Source of the DNA: Macrostomum lignano
Lineage: Eukaryota
Direction of reading: 5' to 3'
Length of the DNA: 34,470 nucleotides
NCBI GenBank assembly: GCA_002269645.1
Contig: NIVC01000091.1
Location: forward strand, 1-34,470
The translations under genes were made by a program, and so were the position numbers. Shown here piece by piece: positions 1-12,640 of the stretch (its first letter is position 1; every line of letters begins with the position of its first letter). The notes below the pieces were generated by a model. It made no database searches, had not been told where the DNA came from, and was given only the letters and a program-made list of their open reading frames with translations.

Positions 1-450
1 CTAAGCCTTGACATTTGTGGATTCCTTCTTTAAGAATCACAGCACATAACGATTTCCACCAAGCTTTGACATCGTAGGCAATTCCCAAAGGAATCTTTTA
101 ACTTCGACATGACTCTTCTTTTACATATACATAGTGCTACTTTTATTTTTTACATGACTCTTCTTCTATCAGCGCCCCCCCCTGTGGCGAGCCAACAAAG
201 AATGTAATAAAAAATTGAGTAAAGTAGATGAACTTTGAAGTAGCTTCTGACTTTTGCTTTGACATCTCAGAAACCCCACCCCGTAATCTCAGTTATTCTT
301 TGTGAGCCTTGACGTCTCAGTTTTTCTCCCTAGCCCAGCACTATAGCTTCATTTAATTTTTACATGACACCCTTCATGTCTGACATGACGCTTCTTTTAT
401 TCTACCATGATGCTTCTTAATTTTTTAAATGACACTTTCATTAGTTTTTA

Positions 451-2180
451 ATGAGGCTTCTATGATTTTTCTTGACGCTTCTATGATTGTTTACATGACG
501 CTTCTATGATTTTTACATGACGCTTCTATGACTTTTTAGATGACGCTTCGATGATTGTTTACATGACGCTTCTATGATTTTTTCATGACGCTTCTATGAT
601 TGTTTACATGACGCTTCTATGATTGTTTACATGACGCTTCTATGACTTTTTAGATGACGCTTCGATGATTGTTTACATGACGCTTCTATGATTTTTTCAT
701 GACGCTTCTATGATTGTTTACATGACGCTTCTATGATTGTTTACATGACGCTTCTATGATTTTTAGATGACGCTTCGATGATTGTTTACATGACGCTTCT
801 ATGATTTTTTCATGACGCTTCTATGATTGTTTACATGACGCTTCTATAATTGTTTACATGACACTTCTATGATTTTTACATGACGCTTCTATGATTTTTT
901 ACATTACGCTTCTATGATGGTTTACATGACGCTTCTATGATTTTTTTAAATGACGCTTCTATGAGTTTTATATGACGCTTCTATGATTGTTTACATGACG
1001 CTTCTATGATTTTTTACATGACGCTTCTATGATTTTTTACATGACGCTTCTATGATTTTTTATATGACACTTCTATGATTTTTACATGACGCTTCTATGA
1101 TTGTTTACATGACGCTTCTATGATGGTTTACATGACGATTCTATGATTGTTTACATGACGCTTCTATGATTTTTATAGGACGCTTCTATGATTGTTTACA
1201 TGACGCTTCTATGATTTTTTTACATTACGCTTCTATGATTGTTTACATGACGCTTCTATGATTTTTTACATGACGCTTCTATGAGTTTTATATGACGTTT
1301 CTATGCTTTTTACATGACGCTTCTATGATTGTTTACATGACGCTTCTATGATTGTTTACATGACGCTTCTATGATTGTTTCATGACGCTTCTATGATTGT
1401 TTCATGACGCTTCTATGATTGTTTACATGACGCTTCTATGATTTTTTACATGACGCTTCAATGATTTTTTAAATGACGCTTCTATGATTTTTTACATGAC
1501 GCTTCTATGATTGTTTATATGACACTTCTATGATTTTTACATGACGCTTCTATGATTTTTTACATGACGCTTCTATGATTTTTACATGACGCTTCTATGA
1601 TTTTTTACATGACACTTCTATGATTTTTACATGACGCTTCTATGATTGTTTACATGACGCTTCTATGATGGTTTACATGACGCTTCTATGATTGTTTACA
1701 TGACGCTTCTATGATTTTTTACATGACGCTTCTATGATTTTTATGGACGCTTCTATGATTGTTTACATGACGCTTCTATGATTTTTTACATTACGCTTCT
1801 ATGATTGTTTACATGACGCTTCTATGATTTTTTTACATGACGCTTCTATGAGTTTTATATGACGTTTCTATGCTTTTTACATGACGCTTCTATGCTTTTT
1901 ACATGACGCTTCTATGATTGTTTACATGACGCTTCTATGATTGTTTACATGACGCTTCTATGATTGTTTCATGACGCTTCTATGATTGTTTCATGACGAT
2001 TCAATGATTGTTTACATGACGCTTCTATGATTTTTACATGACGCTTCAATGATTTTTTAAATGACGCTTCTATGATTGTTTACATGACGCTTCTATGATT
2101 TTTACATGATGCTTCTATGATTGTTTCATGACGCTTCTATGATTTTTTACATGACGCTTCAATGATTTTTTACATGACGC
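451..2180. repeat. ~23-bp minisatellite (ATGACGCTTCTATGATTGTTTAC), ~75 copies
   Basis: Direct tandem units of 22-24 bp varying in the T-tract. Degenerate TGAC(A/G)CTTC copies extend upstream to about position 110. Confidence 0.97.
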
Positions 2181-2230
2181 CTTTTGTCCTTTATTTGTCC
2201 TTGAATAAAAGCTTTTAATAAAAAACTTTT

Positions 2231-2296
2231 CACTACTAAGATTCGAACCCAGGTCGCTGCATTTGCAGTCCAGTCTGTTCACATCTAGGCTAGCTC
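2231..2296 (-). mobile_element. tRNA-derived SINE head relic
   Basis: The reverse strand has an A-box-like TAGCCTAGATG (2292-2282) and a B-box GGTTCGAATC (2249-2240) at tRNA spacing. Stems do not form a full cloverleaf. Confidence 0.55.
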
Positions 2297-2669
2297 TTAT
2301 CGAATTTATAAATCAACACTCACATATAATTCAACACTCACTCACGAAGCAGTTATGACATAATCAATTTCCCAGGCAAGTCAGTATCAGTCTCAATTAA
2401 AGTTGAGAATATGGTTACGCAATCTAAATCAAGTCTGGTGCTACGCTTCCACACTGCATTTTCAATACTGTGACGCAATTCAAGTTGGAGTTACAATTCA
2501 GTTATGATGCAATCTATTTCAGAATCAGAATTCAACCAGTCAGTTTTTTCTCTAGCATTATTACAATGCATTTCAAGTCGAAAAGTTTGCTTGACCTTTG
2601 CAAAAAAGCATGTTTTTCGAATATTTAATCGCTTTAACATGGAGCAATTTCTTAGCCAAGATGCATGTA

Positions 2670-2747
2670 CCGTCACGGGAAAATTTCTGATCGAATGGTG
2701 CAAGTTCGAAGAAAATCGGTCCAGCCATTTTTTCTCTAATCGATCAC

Positions 2748-2788
<41 letters not shown>

Positions 2789-2820
2789 CATAGACAGACC
2801 ATTTTTAGTATATAGGATTT
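2670..2820. mobile_element. Microsatellite-bearing non-autonomous repeat relic (Lep1/DINE-1-like Helitron-type) with (GATA)n at 2749-2799
   Basis: CAAGTTCGAAGAAAATCGGTCCAGCCATTT followed by GATA/GACA repeats and TATATAGGAT resembles, from memory, invertebrate microsatellite-associated Helitron-like elements. The (GATA)n tract is certain; the family is not. Confidence 0.35.
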
Positions 2821-4653
2821 TTGTCTAGTCTTCTCTAGCTTGTCAGTGCCTCATGGGAATGCTACTTGCAAAACAATGAGCAAACCTATTAACAAATAAG
2901 CACTATAAACTTTCTATCAAGGTAATTGATGCATGCCTTTGGCATTGACATTGGGTTAATAACAGAATACTTAAGCAACTAGCTGAGCATGTCTAGCAGT
3001 TGAAGCAGTTGAGGCAGTTGCCTATTATTGAAGCTTGATTGGCAAAACTAAAGAATTTTGTAACAGTATATTTATAGTCACCTGGTGCCACCTGTTGAAG
3101 GTCTAGAAATGACCTAGGTGAAGGCCAGTGACCAACAAAGTGCAAATGCAGACATATGTAGTTGACACATTAATAGAATTTGGAGGCTTGGCAAGGCTAG
3201 ATTGAGGTGCAATGCTAATTGGCACTGATGGATTTCAGTTTCATAGAAATGTTTTTATAGTTTTTAGTTTTATTGAAAGGATTTTTATAGGGGCCTACTC
3301 ATAAATTTTAGTTTCATAAAGGCTCTTCATATTGTTCTAGTTCTAGAACCAGAACCAATTTGTAAAGTATAACTTTCTGTCTCTAAACTAGAGGGATATT
3401 AGTGCTTTAAAATTGTGATTATTAAATGGCAATAGCCAAGAAGAAAGTAAAAAATTGTGCAAAGTGAGGCTGTTAAGGCAGCCAAACAACGAATTCACTA
3501 CTAACTACTTCTTCAACAACTTCAACAAACTACTTCAACAAAGTTAAATAGTTATACTGCTTTTTTATTGGAAATCCGAACCAATTTTGGTTTGAGAATC
3601 AGTTGCCATGAAGAAGTTCATAGAGAGAAAATTGATAGATTGCAGTCTACGATAAAATTGATAGATTAGTTTTATCTATATATATTATCAACACTAGATA
3701 GGCCATTCTAATTAATTTTCATTACACATTTGTTTATTCTATTCTTTGCTTAGTAGTAATATAAACATTTTAGTGTTTTTTATATTTTAAAAACTAGAAC
3801 CAATGAGTACAATGCTGCAATTGTATTATTGTGCTAGGGGTGTTCCCGTACAATACCAAATCCTACCGCTGTAACCAAAGTTGTTGCAGGGCTTACTTCT
3901 GTCCTCCAATTATCCCACTATTGCCACCAAAGTTGTACTAGGCCTTTTAGCTCTCTCTAGAATTTATACTGCTGGTACTAAATTCTGCCTTTGGTAGGCC
4001 TATTTCTAACTGTTTCTTAGAATTTCATTTGGATATGCTGGTAGCGTTTTTATGTATTAGTCTGGTAGCGTCTTATGTATTAGTCTGGTAGCATTCTTAG
4101 TATACATGTATGGCCTGAGCGGTCTTACTGGTATATGTACTTTCTCTCTCTAGTCTGGGCATTACCGAGATTAGAGGGTCACAGCAATTACTCTTGGTAC
4201 TACTCTTTGCATGAATCCCGATTGCAACCTCCAACTTTCTTTACAATACTCTTAGAAATGAATAATGATCTGAGAACAATTTATCGAACACATTTTGAGC
4301 TTATAGCTATTGAACGAGTGTTAATTTTCCTACCTCCAACTTCGCTCCTATTTATACCATCTCGACTGTGTATATTTATAACAAACGTAAAATATTAGGA
4401 ATATTTTGCAAATTAAAACAAAACATAGTTTTTGCGTAATTTTAGAAATAAGGTTTCCTAGAAAACAGTAACCGCTTCTACATTATAACTTTATATGCAA
4501 ATATAAACTTATAATTATATTTTCCACAGTTAAAAGCAGCAGTTTAAATGCTTTAGATTGCATTGAAGGCTATATTGTTATATTTAACTATATTTAGCAA
4601 ATATGAGATATTATATACATGATATTCATATAGCTAAATAGAAAGATTTCTTA

Positions 4654-5971
4654 TCAATTAATCAGTTTGTCAATTTGTGAAACTTTTTTAATGTGCTGAT
4701 TTTGCTTGCCTTTGCTTATAGGCTTTTTATCTTGTAAGGGTGCCAATGATGCAGTTGAAACCATGCAAACATGCTGCATATTTGACATTACACATGTGTA
4801 GTATGTAAGCTGCATGCTAATGATGCAACTGCTGCAGCTATGAACACAGCAGCCAATTGTTTAGCTACAAGTAAAACTGGGAAATAATGCTATGAAAGCA
4901 GCCTCCATCTTGCAGAACTCACCCAAAGCCACGAACAAAAGGTGTATGAGGCTAATGACTATGTGGGCCAGATAATGACTATAATGTTGCATGTAATAGC
5001 TAGACAGATCTGAAACTTTGTAGTTGATGCAGTCCAATATACCACTTATTTTAAGCACACAGCCAGCAAGATATTCAGTGGCCTTGTTTAGTACTGCATT
5101 GCCTTGGTCAGTAATTTAGTCTTCTATCAGTTTGTGCAATAGCATGATAGCTGCTTCATTGGAGTTGCTGCCAGAGGCTTTATTTGATGGTGTTAGGTCA
5201 CTAGTTGTAGCATTGTTGTCGTCTTGCAAAAGCAATCCCCAGTAACAGCCAATAAGCAACAAAACTCTTGTGGTGCAGCTGCAATGATCTATTGATGGCA
5301 TCCTTTGACTAGCATAGCCCTTGACTGCAAGTGTCCAGTTGACTATTAGAAGCTGCCCCTAGCCACACTGTCATGGATGCATGCCTGCATTGCACTAGCC
5401 TTGTCCCTCAAGAATAGCTTCTGCAGCCACTTTATTATTGCCTCTTTCACTTGGAATTGGCTGCAAAGGTGAGAGCTCTCAGTCGCAACAGCTGTTCTTT
5501 GCACAGCATCTGGTAGCTGATAGTTGCTTTGCCATAGCAGTGGTAGCTGGCAGGTTGCAGGCTTGGCTACAGGCAGATTGCTAATTGGCTCTAGCATTAG
5601 AGGGTAAATGTTGTCCAGCTCTTTATCAGTCCCTTGCACAGATAGTAGCTGGTCTAATCAAATAAGCAAGGTAGCACAAGCTCTTGGTATTGGATTGCAT
5701 CCTAGCAAATATGGGTGTCTTGTTTGTGGCACTTTGTAAAGCAATTGTAGGCCTCATCCATCAAGTGCAAGCTGCACACATGTAGGCCCTATAATTTAAC
5801 TGTTTGCAAGTGAATATCCAGCTCTAGTAGCTACTGCCAGCACTTTGCTGCAGTGTCATCTTTTGAAAATCTATGCATTTGCACCAGATTTCCTTTCTTG
5901 TGTGGTGATAAGCACAAAGCTTGTGCAAGTGGAAGCATTGCAATACATTTCAAAGAGCATTGGAACTTCAT
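4654..5971 (-). pseudogene. Decayed THAP-domain / P-element-like (THAP9-type) transposase relic, apparently lacking the catalytic core
   Basis: From ATG 5971: MKFQCSLKC...GNLVQMHRFSKDDTAAKCWQ*LLE...LHVCSLHL...DAI matches the THAP C2CH pattern (C..C, HRFPxD, W, VCSxHF, DAVP). Downstream EYLAGCVLKISGILDCINYK and GCCVH...YY resemble the YIAGY/CxxC/CxxH C-terminus of P-element transposases. Several in-frame TAG/TAA stops and frameshifts. Confidence 0.6.
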
Positions 5972-6804
5972 TGCTTATCTACCTATAGCATTTCAAAAAC
6001 AATTTGCAATCATATATCATAGTACTTTGCAAGGAAACACATTGAGAAATGTTGAAAGAAAATTGGTGGTTGAAAAAATGTTAGGGTCTAATCTTTAAGA
6101 AATCAAAAATATTTTGTTTAATGAAGAGTTTAATGACTAGTAATGCCCATCTTTTTATCAAAATATTCTCATGATATTTTCATGGTGTCTTTAATAAACT
6201 ACAAAAACACAAGCCATAACATGATTTAAATAGCTTTTTTCTTGGCTATCTACCCATGCCAAGTAGCTATAAATCTTTTTTCTTGCTATTTTCCAGACAA
6301 AATACATGTCTATTGCTGATTATAGCAATGCTGTTGCATCAAGAATAAAGGTAGGAATAAATATATTGATATTTGTTTAATTTCATCATTAAAGCTCTTG
6401 CTTTGAATAAAAAAAGACTAATAGATTGATAGTTATTTTTGGTAAAATTATTGCATAACTACTTTTAATCCTTTGGCCTACAGGCTTTTATGTGCAATGA
6501 AGGAGAAAATGTCTCTTTTGAATATTCTAGAATGATGTTGCAGGTAAGAGATAGATATAAAATTGGTGTCTAAATTTATTTTTTGGCAATGAAGTGTACT
6601 TACTCACTTTGCAATTGGAATGGTCACTTTTTTATTTTGCAGTTGTCTGCTTGCTTTTGCTCATTAATTATAGAATAACAATATTAGCAATCTTCGCCCC
6701 CCGATGGGGGACATCTGGTTAGAATCCTTGTTCTTTACAAATAACAAATAGACAGCGAACTAAAGCCTTCAAAAAACAACAACAGACATTCCCTCCAAAA
6801 ACAA

Positions 6805-7268
6805 AACATCCCAAGACAGCAAGCATCCTCAGACAGCATTCAAGCATCGATCCCAAAATAGCAAGCATCCCCCAGGTAGCAAGCATCCCCCCGATAGCAA
6901 GCAACCCCAGATAGCAAGCATCCGCAGATAGCAAGCATTCCCCCAGACCCCAGATAGCAAGCATCCCCCAGGTAGCAAGCATCCCCCGATAGCAAGCAAC
7001 CCCAGATAGCAAGCATCCCCAGATAGCAAGCATTCCCCCAGACCCCAGATAGTAAGCATCCCCCAGATAGCAAGCATCCCCCAGATCGCAAGCATCCCCC
7101 AGATCGCAAGCATCCCCAGATAGCAAGCATTCCCCCAGACCCCAGATAGTAAGCATCCCCCAGATAGCAAGCATCCCCCAGATCGTAAGCATCCCCCAGA
7201 TCGCAAGCATCCCCCAGATCGCAAGCATCCCCCAGATAGCAAGCACCCCAAATAATAAGCATCCACCA
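6805..7268. repeat. ~18-bp minisatellite (AGCAAGCATCCCCCAGAT) with length variants
   Basis: Tandem units seen directly. Explains track ORFs 6719-7273, 6829-7269 and 6840-7262. Confidence 0.95.
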
Positions 7269-7419
7269 TACAATAAGTAAAGTAGCTAGTGCTACAATTT
7301 CCTTAGCTCTATAGTGGCTCCTTTAAAATTGGCATGACGCTTACTTTTACGTTTGAAATTGTGTAAATTTTATGTTTGACATGGTGGCTCTTTAATGTTT
7401 GACATGGTAATAAATAACT

Positions 7420-7421
7420 AA

Positions 7422-7459
<38 letters not shown>
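7420..7459. repeat. (AAAT)n microsatellite
   Basis: Seen directly. Confidence 0.9.
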
Positions 7460-7460
<1 letters not shown>

Positions 7461-7784
7461 CAATATTTATTTAGAAAAATGTCTGCATGTTTAAACTATT
7501 TTAGCTGAGCCATTCATGCTGTTATTTTATTTTATTTATAATTGAATATTTTTAGCAAAAAGAATCAAAGAATCCTAATTATTAGTACAGCTACTTCTGA
7601 TAGTAGTATTGATAGTATCTAATAGGGTGCTCGAGAGTGAAGACGGTCACGCCAGAGTCATAAGAGAAATGAATTGGTTTTGCATCCCTGTTGCTGGCAA
7701 CCATTTCTAATTTCTAATCAAAGATGTGCCTAATCCAGTTTTTAGCTTTCTAATTTGAAAAATCCACTGTTTTAGCTGTCTTTT

Positions 7785-8100
7785 ATCAAAGTGGACTACA
7801 TTGGTGTTGCAGCTTACAGGTTAGAACATTGAAGGTTGGGGGTTCGATTCCTGATCCCAACTGGAGCAATTTGTGTATTTAAGCAAGATACTTAACTCTG
7901 CATTGCTTCTGTTCACCCAGCTATAAAATGGGTGCCAGCATTAGCTGGGATAATTGAAGGTGTGTGTGGCGACCCCCCAGTGCTTGGACTGAACAGCCGT
8001 ACGCAGCCTTCAGATGCGCCGTGCAATAGCTGCGGCTAAGCTGTCGGTTGTACATCTGCCCATTGTTGCAAGTCTAATCAGTTTTTATTCTTATTATAAA
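7785..8100 (+). mobile_element. tRNA-derived SINE with conserved central domain (MetaSINE/Deu-like)
   Basis: B-box GGTTCGATTCC at 7841-7851, then AGCAAGATACTTAACTC...CACCCAGCTATAAAATGGGTGCC and a TATTCTTATTAT tail. The core 7899-7997 is ~90% identical to 12524-12626. The superfamily name is from recall. Confidence 0.7.
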
Positions 8101-8216
8101 CAATTCAATTAGAGTGAAAAATAAATAAACGATTTTAGATCAAATTTCCATTTATTGCTACTGTTAGTAGCATATACAATTAATAAAGCTATTTTAATCA
8201 TTTACTTTTAACACAG

Positions 8217-8664
8217 ACCGACAACACTGTACAATGGTCTCAACTGACCGGGCCAACACCATTTAACGGCACCTTTGCTCCAGATGATTCTGATGAAGAG
8301 CAGAGTCTTCTGGATAGTGCCGATCAGCCTCAACCATTGGGCCGTTGGAAACAGGCCTGCGCCCTGTTAAATGGCTGGCTGTATGTACACGGCGGTCGGC
8401 GAGGTCGGCAACCATTGAAAGACGCTTGGCGTTGGCGCTCGGACGCAGGCTGGGAGCGGCTGAGCCTGACTGGTTGCGCGCCACCTCATTTAGACGGTCA
8501 CACAATGACTGGCGCAAATGGCAGGCTGTACCTGTTTGGCGGCACCCACGGAGGCTATCCGGACTGTCCTTTGTGGATTGTGTCGCCGAGACTGCGGCTT
8601 AGCAGGCAGTGGCAGCCTGGTGGGGTAGCGGTGGTTGATCAACTGACAGCGCCTGCGGCTGCTG
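8217..8664 (+). CDS. Kelch-repeat protein, exon A (upstream start exon not identified)
   Basis: Acceptor TTTTAACACAG/8217. Open frame TDNTVQW...GRWKQACALLNGWLYVHGG...GHTMTGANGRLYLFGG (two kelch blades). Donor G/GTGAGT at 8665, phase 1. An in-frame stop at 8184 and no ATG before the blades imply an earlier exon. Confidence 0.85.
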
Positions 8665-8715
8665 GTGAGTGTCTGTATGCCTGTTCCATCTAAAGATTGT
8701 AAGCCAGTCTTAACT

Positions 8716-9281
8716 TGGGAATCTCAGTCCATCTCACCTAGAGAATCTCAGTCCATCTCACCTTGAGATTTCCAGTCTATCATATCTAGGGAATCTTAGT
8801 CCAACTCTCCTTGAGAATCTCAGTCCATCTCACTTTGAGAATCTCAGTCCATCTCACTTTGAGATTCTCAGCCAATCTCACCTCGAGAATTTCAGTCCAT
8901 CTCACTTTGAGAATCTCAGTCCATCTCACTTTTAGATTCTCAGCCAATCTCACCTCGAGAATCTCAGTCCATCTCACCTTTAGATTCTCAAACAATCTCA
9001 CTTTGAGAATCTCAGTCCATCTCACCTTGAGAATCTCAGTCCATCTCACTTTTACATTCTCAGCCAATCTCACCTCGAGAATCTCAGTCCATCTCACCTT
9101 TAGATTCTCATTCCATCTCACCTGGAGAATCTCAGTCCATCTCACCTTGAGATTCTTATTCCATCTCACCTGGAGAATCTCAGTCCATCTCACCTTGAGA
9201 ATCTCACTCCATCTCACCTTGAGAATCTCAATCCATCTGACCTAGAGAATCTCAGTCCATCTCACCTTAAGAATCTCAATT
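8716..9281. repeat. 24-bp intronic minisatellite (GAGAATCTCAGTCCATCTCACCTT), ~23 copies
   Basis: Fills most of the kelch intron 8665-9361. Explains ORFs 8786-9217 and 8811-9245. Confidence 0.95.
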
Positions 9282-9361
9282 CAGATTACATGATTAATCT
9301 AACTGTAACCAGTGTTTACAACAATTCCCAGCTAAAAAATCCCCTTAACAACTGACCGCAG

Positions 9362-9919
9362 TTCCATCTGGCCGCCTGTCGCCAGTGCAGCAGCACCTGC
9401 AGCAGCATCATCAGCAGCAGCATCAGCCCCAGCCAAGCAGCCGCCGCAATCACAGCGCAGTGCTTCACAGCCGCTACCTGTACATCTTTGGCGGTTACGC
9501 TGACAAGCCTACTCAAGAACTGTGGCGATTCGATCTGAAATCGGAGGAATGGCATCTGGTCTGGCCGAGCTGTCCGGCTGGCCAGCTGTCCGACACCGGG
9601 TCGGACGGTTCGCACGGTTCTACTGGTTTAACTTCAATCCATAGCGATTCGAATAGTTCGTCGGACGCTTATTTCGGTCCGAGTGCTCGGTTCGGACACA
9701 CGGCCTGCGCCCACGACTGCGGCATGTACGTGTTCGGCGGCTATGGCGGCCTGTACCTCTGCCAGCCCGACCTGTGGCGCTGGAGCTTCCGTATTGGCCA
9801 GTGGTCCCGGATTCGAATCCCGACGGATGGAAATCAGTCAAGTAGCGGTCACGTTAGCGAGTTAACGGCTAATGGAGGGCCTCAAGCTGTTGCATTTCAT
9901 TCGGCCTGTATTGTGCAGG
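9362..9919 (+). CDS. Kelch-repeat protein, exon B
   Basis: Acceptor CTGACCGCAG/9362 with phase 1 matching exon A. Q/H-rich linker, then RRNHSAVLHSRYLYIFGG, ARFGHTACAHDCGMYVFGG and AVAFHSACIVQ. Donor G/GTGAGT at 9920, phase 1. Confidence 0.92.
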
Positions 9920-9939
9920 GTGAGTGCTGCTGTTTAGAG

Positions 9940-10265
9940 CGTTCATAGCTAGCGAGAGGCATTGCTGCCCCCATTCCGCCGACTCCCCTGAGCAGGCACA
10001 CAAGCGCGGGGATACGTACGCAGTCATACGCACAGGCACACACTCACACAGGAGTGTACAGCGGCCCTAACTTTATTTATCGTTAGGCATGTACACTTCA
10101 CTGTGCCTTGGGGGTTGGCCCTCAAGCTGAGCGTTAATTGCACGAGCAGAGCCAAGCCGAGATTCCAATTTAGCCCCAAATTAATGTGACTGCACTTGGA
10201 ATCGAGCCTGGGCCGCTGGCACATCGGAGCGCCTAGCTAGACCACTGGGCTACGCACAGCCGGCC
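9940..10265 (-). mobile_element. tRNA-derived SINE (second family), antisense in the kelch intron
   Basis: The reverse strand has an A-box TAGCCCAGTGG (10252-10242) and a B-box GGCTCGATTCC (10208-10198). A body fragment recurs inverted at 12647-12676. The 3' limit is uncertain. Confidence 0.6.
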
Positions 10266-10936
10266 TTCCTTAGATAGTCATTCAGTTAGTGTCAATTTAC
10301 GAGTACAAGAGGTGGATAAATTGAAAGAAGCATTTTTTTATTAGAAAGTAACAAACAGATTAATAATAATGGAATCCAAGTATGATTATTCAATTTTTTT
10401 AAATAATACAATGCATAGCATATGCTTTTTGATAGCCTGGCTGATAGAGATGTGAAAGAAACACCATTTTCACTTTTCAAGTCAAATGGTCACCTATGTG
10501 TGTGTCTATGTGTGTGTCCTGAATCCTTGATTGGATCCTTAATCGAAAAATTCACTTCTTAAGCTTTGTCTCTAACTCTCAACAAAGAAGAATCTTAATT
10601 TAGAAAAGATTTAAAGCGAATAAATATTCTAAAAACAGGGAATTCATTTGTTGTTAATCTGTTATTGGCACAGCAATTTCAAAGCTTTAATTATAGTTAT
10701 TAAAATTAACGAGGATTTGAGTCTTTTCTACTGAGGAAATTAGTTTTTTTCGCTTTTGACACTGATGCCACTGTGAGATCAAGGGATGCCTATTTAGGTA
10801 AATTTCAATTGAAATTTTATAAGCTTCTTTTCGCAGCCATGATTCTGTCTGCCTTTGTTTTATAGTCAGCGGATTTAACAAAAAATAGCTGCTTTTAAAC
10901 GCTGTTTGTGGTCATATAAATAATTTTAAGGGTTGA

Positions 10937-12078
10937 ATAGTGGCACTCTGCTGCAGTTCACATCATTTGTGATAGTGGCACTCTGGTGCAGTTCACATCA
11001 TGTGTGATAGTGGCACTCTGGTGCAGTTCACATCATGTGTGATAGTGGCACTCTGCTGCAGTTCACATCATTTGTGATAGTGGCACTCTGGTGCAGTTCA
11101 CATCATGTGTGATAGTGGCACTCTGCTGCAGTTCACATCATGTGTGATAGTGGCACTCTGCTGCAGTTCACATCATTTGTGATAGTGGCACTCTGGTGCA
11201 GTTCACATCATGTGTGATAGTGGCACTCTGGTGCAGTTCACATCATGTGTGATAGTGGCACTCTGGTGCAGTTCACATCATGTGTGATAGTGGCACTCTG
11301 GTGCAGTTCACATCATGTGTGATAGTGGCACTCTGCTGCAGTTCACATCATGTGTGATAGTGGCACTCTGCTGCAGTTCACATCATGTGTGATAGTGGCA
11401 CTCTGGTGCAGTTCACATCATGTGTGATAGTGGCACTCTGGTGCAGTTCACATCATTTGTGATAGTGGCACTCTAGTGCAGTTCACATCATGTGTGATAG
11501 TGGCACTCTGGTGCAGTTCACATTATGTGTGATAGTGGCACTCTGGTGCAGTTCACATCATGTGTGATAGTGGCACTCTGGTGCAGTTCACATCATGTGT
11601 GATAGTGGCACTCTGGTGCAGTTCACATCATTTGTGATAGTGGCACTCTGGTGCAGTTCACATCATGTGTGATAGTGGCACTCTGGTGCAGTTCACATCA
11701 TGTGTGATAGTGGCACTCTGGTGCAGTTCACATCATGTGTGATAGTGGCACTCTGGTGCAGTTCACATCATGTGTGATAGTGGCACTCTGGTGCAGTTCA
11801 CATCATTTGTGATAGTGGCACTCTGGTGCAGTTCACATCATGTGTGATAGTGGCACTCTGGTGCAGTTCACATCATGTGTGATAGTGGCACTCTGGTGCA
11901 GTTCACATCATGTGTGATAGTGGCACTCTGGTGCAGTTCACATCATTTGTGATAGTGGCACTCTGGTGCAGTTCACATCATGTGTGATAGTGGCACTCTG
12001 GTGCAGTTCACATCATGTGTGATAGTGGCACTCTGGTGCAGTTCACATCATGTGTGATAGTGGCACTCTCACATCATT
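10937..12078. repeat. 35-bp intronic minisatellite (GATAGTGGCACTCTGGTGCAGTTCACATCATGTGT), ~32 copies
   Basis: Highly homogeneous tandem units inside the kelch intron 9920-12728. Confidence 0.97.
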
Positions 12079-12395
12079 TCAAATTCTGCTAATAGCAGAA
12101 ATTCAATTTGCATAAGAAAAACTGATCTGATTTGTATTCTGATTCGGATAGGTAATATAATTATTAAATAAAAAACTGGGAGAGTCAAGAATATACACTT
12201 CACTGTTGCACTTTTCTATATTATTGATTCTGCATGATGATTCTAATGCACTTTGTGCCTAGCCTGATGGGACTTCTTTTAAATTTAATACTATATATTT
12301 TACCGAATATATTTAATTATACGTTATAATATGATATAGAATAGATTGAATTGTTTGGATTTGCTTTAAAGTGGCAGACATATAATTTACAACTT

Positions 12396-12474
12396 TCGGT
12401 CGAGAATCGAACCACCGACCTTCAAGTCGTGACTCCGACGCTCTGACCACTAGGCTACAACCCCTCCGGTGATA
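12396..12474 (-). mobile_element. tRNA-like SINE head
   Basis: Reverse strand GTTGTAGCCTAGTGGTCAGAGCGTCGGAGTCACGACTTGAAGGTCGGTGGTTCGATTCTC has clear A and B boxes. T and acceptor stems pair poorly. Confidence 0.65.
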
Positions 12475-12523
12475 TTGAGGAATGCTCTGTTATAAAGAGC
12501 AGCGTTTTCTATTTATTTATAGA

Positions 12524-12640
12524 TGCATTGCTTCAGTTCACCCAGCTGTAAAATGGGTGCCAGCATTAACTGGGGTAATTGAGGCTGTGTGTGTGGCGAC
12601 CCCCCCCAGTCCTTGGACTGAACAGCAATATAATAATAAT
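12524..12640 (+). mobile_element. 5'-truncated copy of the 7785-8100 SINE core
   Basis: About 100 bp at ~90% identity to 7899-7997, followed by a (TAA)n tail. Confidence 0.75.

Noticed and set aside
3780-4130. Possible gag/zinc-knuckle remnant on the minus strand
   Set aside because: Cys/His spacing fits no motif convincingly and the frames are full of stops.
7669-7710. MNWFCIPVAGNHF as the first exon of the kelch gene
   Set aside because: There is no GT donor before the stop codon, so the start exon remains unidentified.
2231-12474. Functional tRNA genes at 2231-2296, ~7790-7860, ~10195-10262 and 12396-12474
   Set aside because: A and B boxes are present, but acceptor and T stems do not pair and SINE-like bodies follow in at least two cases.
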